A stretch of 64,000 nucleotides of DNA from Candidatus Cloacimonadales bacterium (lineage in GTDB: Bacteria > Cloacimonadota > Cloacimonadia > Cloacimonadales > JAFGVF01): the NCBI GenBank assembly GCA_963678315.1, contig OY782781.1, forward strand, positions 1,824,001-1,888,000, written 5' to 3'. Positions 62,198 to 64,000 of the stretch are shown one piece after another. Numbering within the stretch: the first letter of the stretch is position 1; each line of letters opens with the position of its first letter. The notes below the pieces were generated by a model, which was given only the letters and a program-made list of their open reading frames with translations, did no database searches and was not told where the DNA came from. A program made the translations under genes and the position numbers.

Positions 62198-62701
62198 ATG
62201 CACAAGACTGAGACTGTTCAAGAACCATTAAGAAACTTTACAAAAGTAAAGGAAATCGTGGAAAGATGTGGTACTGAAAGAAGCGCTTTAATACCAGTAT
62301 TACAAGCAATTCAAGGTGAATTTAGATATTTACCACAAGAGATGTTATCATTCGTAGCTACAGCAATGAAAATCCCTCAAGCAGAGGTATTCGGGGTAGC
62401 AACTTTCTATGCTCAATTCTCAATTGAACCTAAAGGAAAACACATTGTGCAAGTATGTGATGGTACAGCTTGTCACGTTAGAGGATCACAAGCAGTTATT
62501 AATAAATTTGCTAGAGATCTAGGTATTCCTGAAGGTAAAACAACTACTGAAGATTTATATGTTACATTGGAAACTGTATCATGTCTGGGAGCATGTGCTT
62601 TAGCACCTGCAGTTGTAGTTGATGGTAAAGTATATGGCAATGTTAACTTAGATGATATTGCTAGAATTATCGTAGAAATGAAGGAGACAGACGATGAGTA
62701 A
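62198..62701 (+). CDS. nuoE: NuoE-like [2Fe-2S] subunit of a bifurcating/NAD(P)-dependent [FeFe] hydrogenase (HydC/HndA-like)
   Basis: LI.VLQ.IQ, GVATFY.QF, CDGTAC and CLGAC. GGAGGAG RBS before ATG 62198. Confidence 0.9.
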   Translation: MHKTETVQEPLRNFTKVKEIVERCGTERSALIPVLQAIQGEFRYLPQEMLSFVATAMKIPQAEVFGVATFYAQFSIEPKGKHIVQVCDGTACHVRGSQAVINKFARDLGIPEGKTTTEDLYVTLETVSCLGACALAPAVVVDGKVYGNVNLDDIARIIVEMKETDDE

Positions 62702-64000
62702 AATATTTGAACAATTAACAGCAGAAGCAGTTTCTACACCTTCTATTCCATGTAGAGAATATATTAATTACAAGTTAGGATTAACTGAACTTGATGATGC
62801 GAAAGTTGAGTTAGCAGATAAGTTTGCACAAGTTTACAGAAGAGAATCTGGTGTGTTTGATTGCCAAATCTCTTTATGTAAAGGTACTGGTTGTCATGCT
62901 TCAGGTGAAACTACATTATTTCAAAAATTTGATGAATTATTAAGAGAAAAAGGTTTAAGAGATAGAGTAAACTTAGTTGAAACTGGCTGTCGTGGTTTCT
63001 GTGAGATGGGTCCACTCGTAGAGGTATACCCACAACACATCTTCTACTGTAAAGTTAAACCTGAAAATGTATTAGATATTATAGAAAAAACAGTAATAAA
63101 TAAAGAAGTTATTCAAGAGCTTGTTTTTGATGGTATTCCAATCGCTGAAGAAATTCCATTCTACAAAAAACAAGTTAGAAGAGTTTTAAGAGAATCTGGT
63201 CATGTTAACCCTGAAAATATTAATGATTCTGTAACACATGATGCTTATCAAGGTTTCATGAAAGCTGTTAAAATGGATCCAGAAACTGTAATTGGCATGG
63301 TTAAAGATTCAGGTCTAAGAGGCCGTGGTGGTGGTGGATTCCCTACAGGTCTTAAATGGCAGTTCACAAGAGCTACTGAAGCTGATAAGAAATATGTAAT
63401 CTGTAATGCTGATGAAGGTGATCCAGGTGCATTCATGGATAGATCTATCATTGAAGGTGACCCACATAAATTAATCGAAGGTATGATGATTGCTGCTTAT
63501 GCGATTGGTGCTGATGAAGGTTATGTTTATGTTCGTGCTGAATACCCATTAGCTATTCAAAGATTAAAAATTGCTATGGCTCAATGTAAAGAATTTGGTA
63601 TCTTAGGTGAAAACATCTTAGGTACAGGATTTAACTTTACACTTAAAATTAAAGAAGGTGCTGGTGCTTTCGTATGTGGTGAAGAGACTGCTCTTATTGC
63701 TTCAATCGAAGGTAAACGTGGTATGCCAACTGTTAAACCACCATTCCCATCAACTTCAGGTTTATTCGGAAAACCTACTAATATTAACAATGTTGAAACA
63801 TTTGCTAATGTTCCATTAATTCTTAACAACGGTGTTGAATGGTATAAAGAAGCTGGAACAGAAAAATCACCTGGTACTAAAATCTTTGCTATGACAGGTA
63901 AAATCAGAAATACAGGTCTAGTTGAAGTTCCTATGGGTATCACTCTTAGAGAGCTAATCTTTGATATCGGTGGTGGACTTAAAGGTGGTGCAGAATTCAA
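62694..64000 (+). CDS. nuoF: NuoF-like FMN/NADH-binding subunit (HydB/HndC-like), 3'-truncated by the window and not in the ORF track
   Basis: Hand translation MSKIFEQ..CKGTGC..TGCRGFCEMGP..SGLRGRGGGGFPTGLKW..CNADEGDPGAFMDR..GAGAFVCGEETAL. AGGAG RBS. Confidence 0.93.
   Translation, partial: MSKIFEQLTAEAVSTPSIPCREYINYKLGLTELDDAKVELADKFAQVYRRESGVFDCQISLCKGTGCHASGETTLFQKFDELLREKGLRDRVNLVETGCRGFCEMGPLVEVYPQHIFYCKVKPENVLDIIEKTVINKEVIQELVFDGIPIAEEIPFYKKQVRRVLRESGHVNPENINDSVTHDAYQGFMKAVKMDPETVIGMVKDSGLRGRGGGGFPTGLKWQFTRATEADKKYVICNADEGDPGAFMDRSIIEGDPHKLIEGMMIAAYAIGADEGYVYVRAEYPLAIQRLKIAMAQCKEFGILGENILGTGFNFTLKIKEGAGAFVCGEETALIASIEGKRGMPTVKPPFPSTSGLFGKPTNINNVETFANVPLILNNGVEWYKEAGTEKSPGTKIFAMTGKIRNTGLVEVPMGITLRELIFDIGGGLKGGAEF

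Noticed and set aside
63248..64000. Minus-strand ORFs 63248-63451 and 63581-64000
   Set aside because: They are antisense shadows of the NuoF-like gene on the plus strand.
1..64000. Other short antisense or alternate-frame ORFs nested in long genes, and tRNA/rRNA/IS transposase/prophage genes
   Set aside because: The nested ORFs are codon-bias shadows without motifs. No cloverleaf, rRNA-like, transposase, integrase or phage signatures were seen by eye.

Overview
AT-rich (~30% GC by eye) chromosomal segment of an anaerobic diderm bacterium. Protein style (T9SS/FlgD-like C-terminal tag with YNIKGQ, single-chain PFOR, bifurcating-hydrogenase subunits) suggests Cloacimonadota, which is inference only. 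About 45 CDSs: cardiolipin synthase (5'-truncated), a degenerate sensor kinase, a K+ channel with a stand-alone cNMP-binding protein, two very large secreted proteins, PFOR, an asd/amidohydrolase/threonine aldolase/Fe-S/patatin cluster, a CheR-CheB-hybrid kinase (methyl-accepting coiled-coil type) cluster, hrcA-grpE-dnaK-dnaJ-rsmE with CIRCE-like sites, rex, ABC ATPase-mtaB-purN-aspS, trmFO, satP, dcp, a metal permease, typA, a PorV/FadL-like barrel, and an hfs-like regulatory module followed by hydC/hydB (nuoE/nuoF-like, running off the 3' end). Two genes missing from the ORF track were found by hand: a 54-aa Zn-ribbon protein (1198-1362, minus) and the NuoF-like subunit (62694 to end). The most unusual content is non-coding: four intergenic clusters (10.4, 29.8-31.2, 49.8-50.3 and 59.1-59.9 kb) built from many shared palindromic modules. 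These include REP/REPIN-like units, a 245-bp triple tandem with an inverted dispersed copy, structured inserts inside REP loops, a hairpin with a flipped core, and 7-/9-mer tracts. No transposase, CRISPR, tRNA or rRNA was seen.
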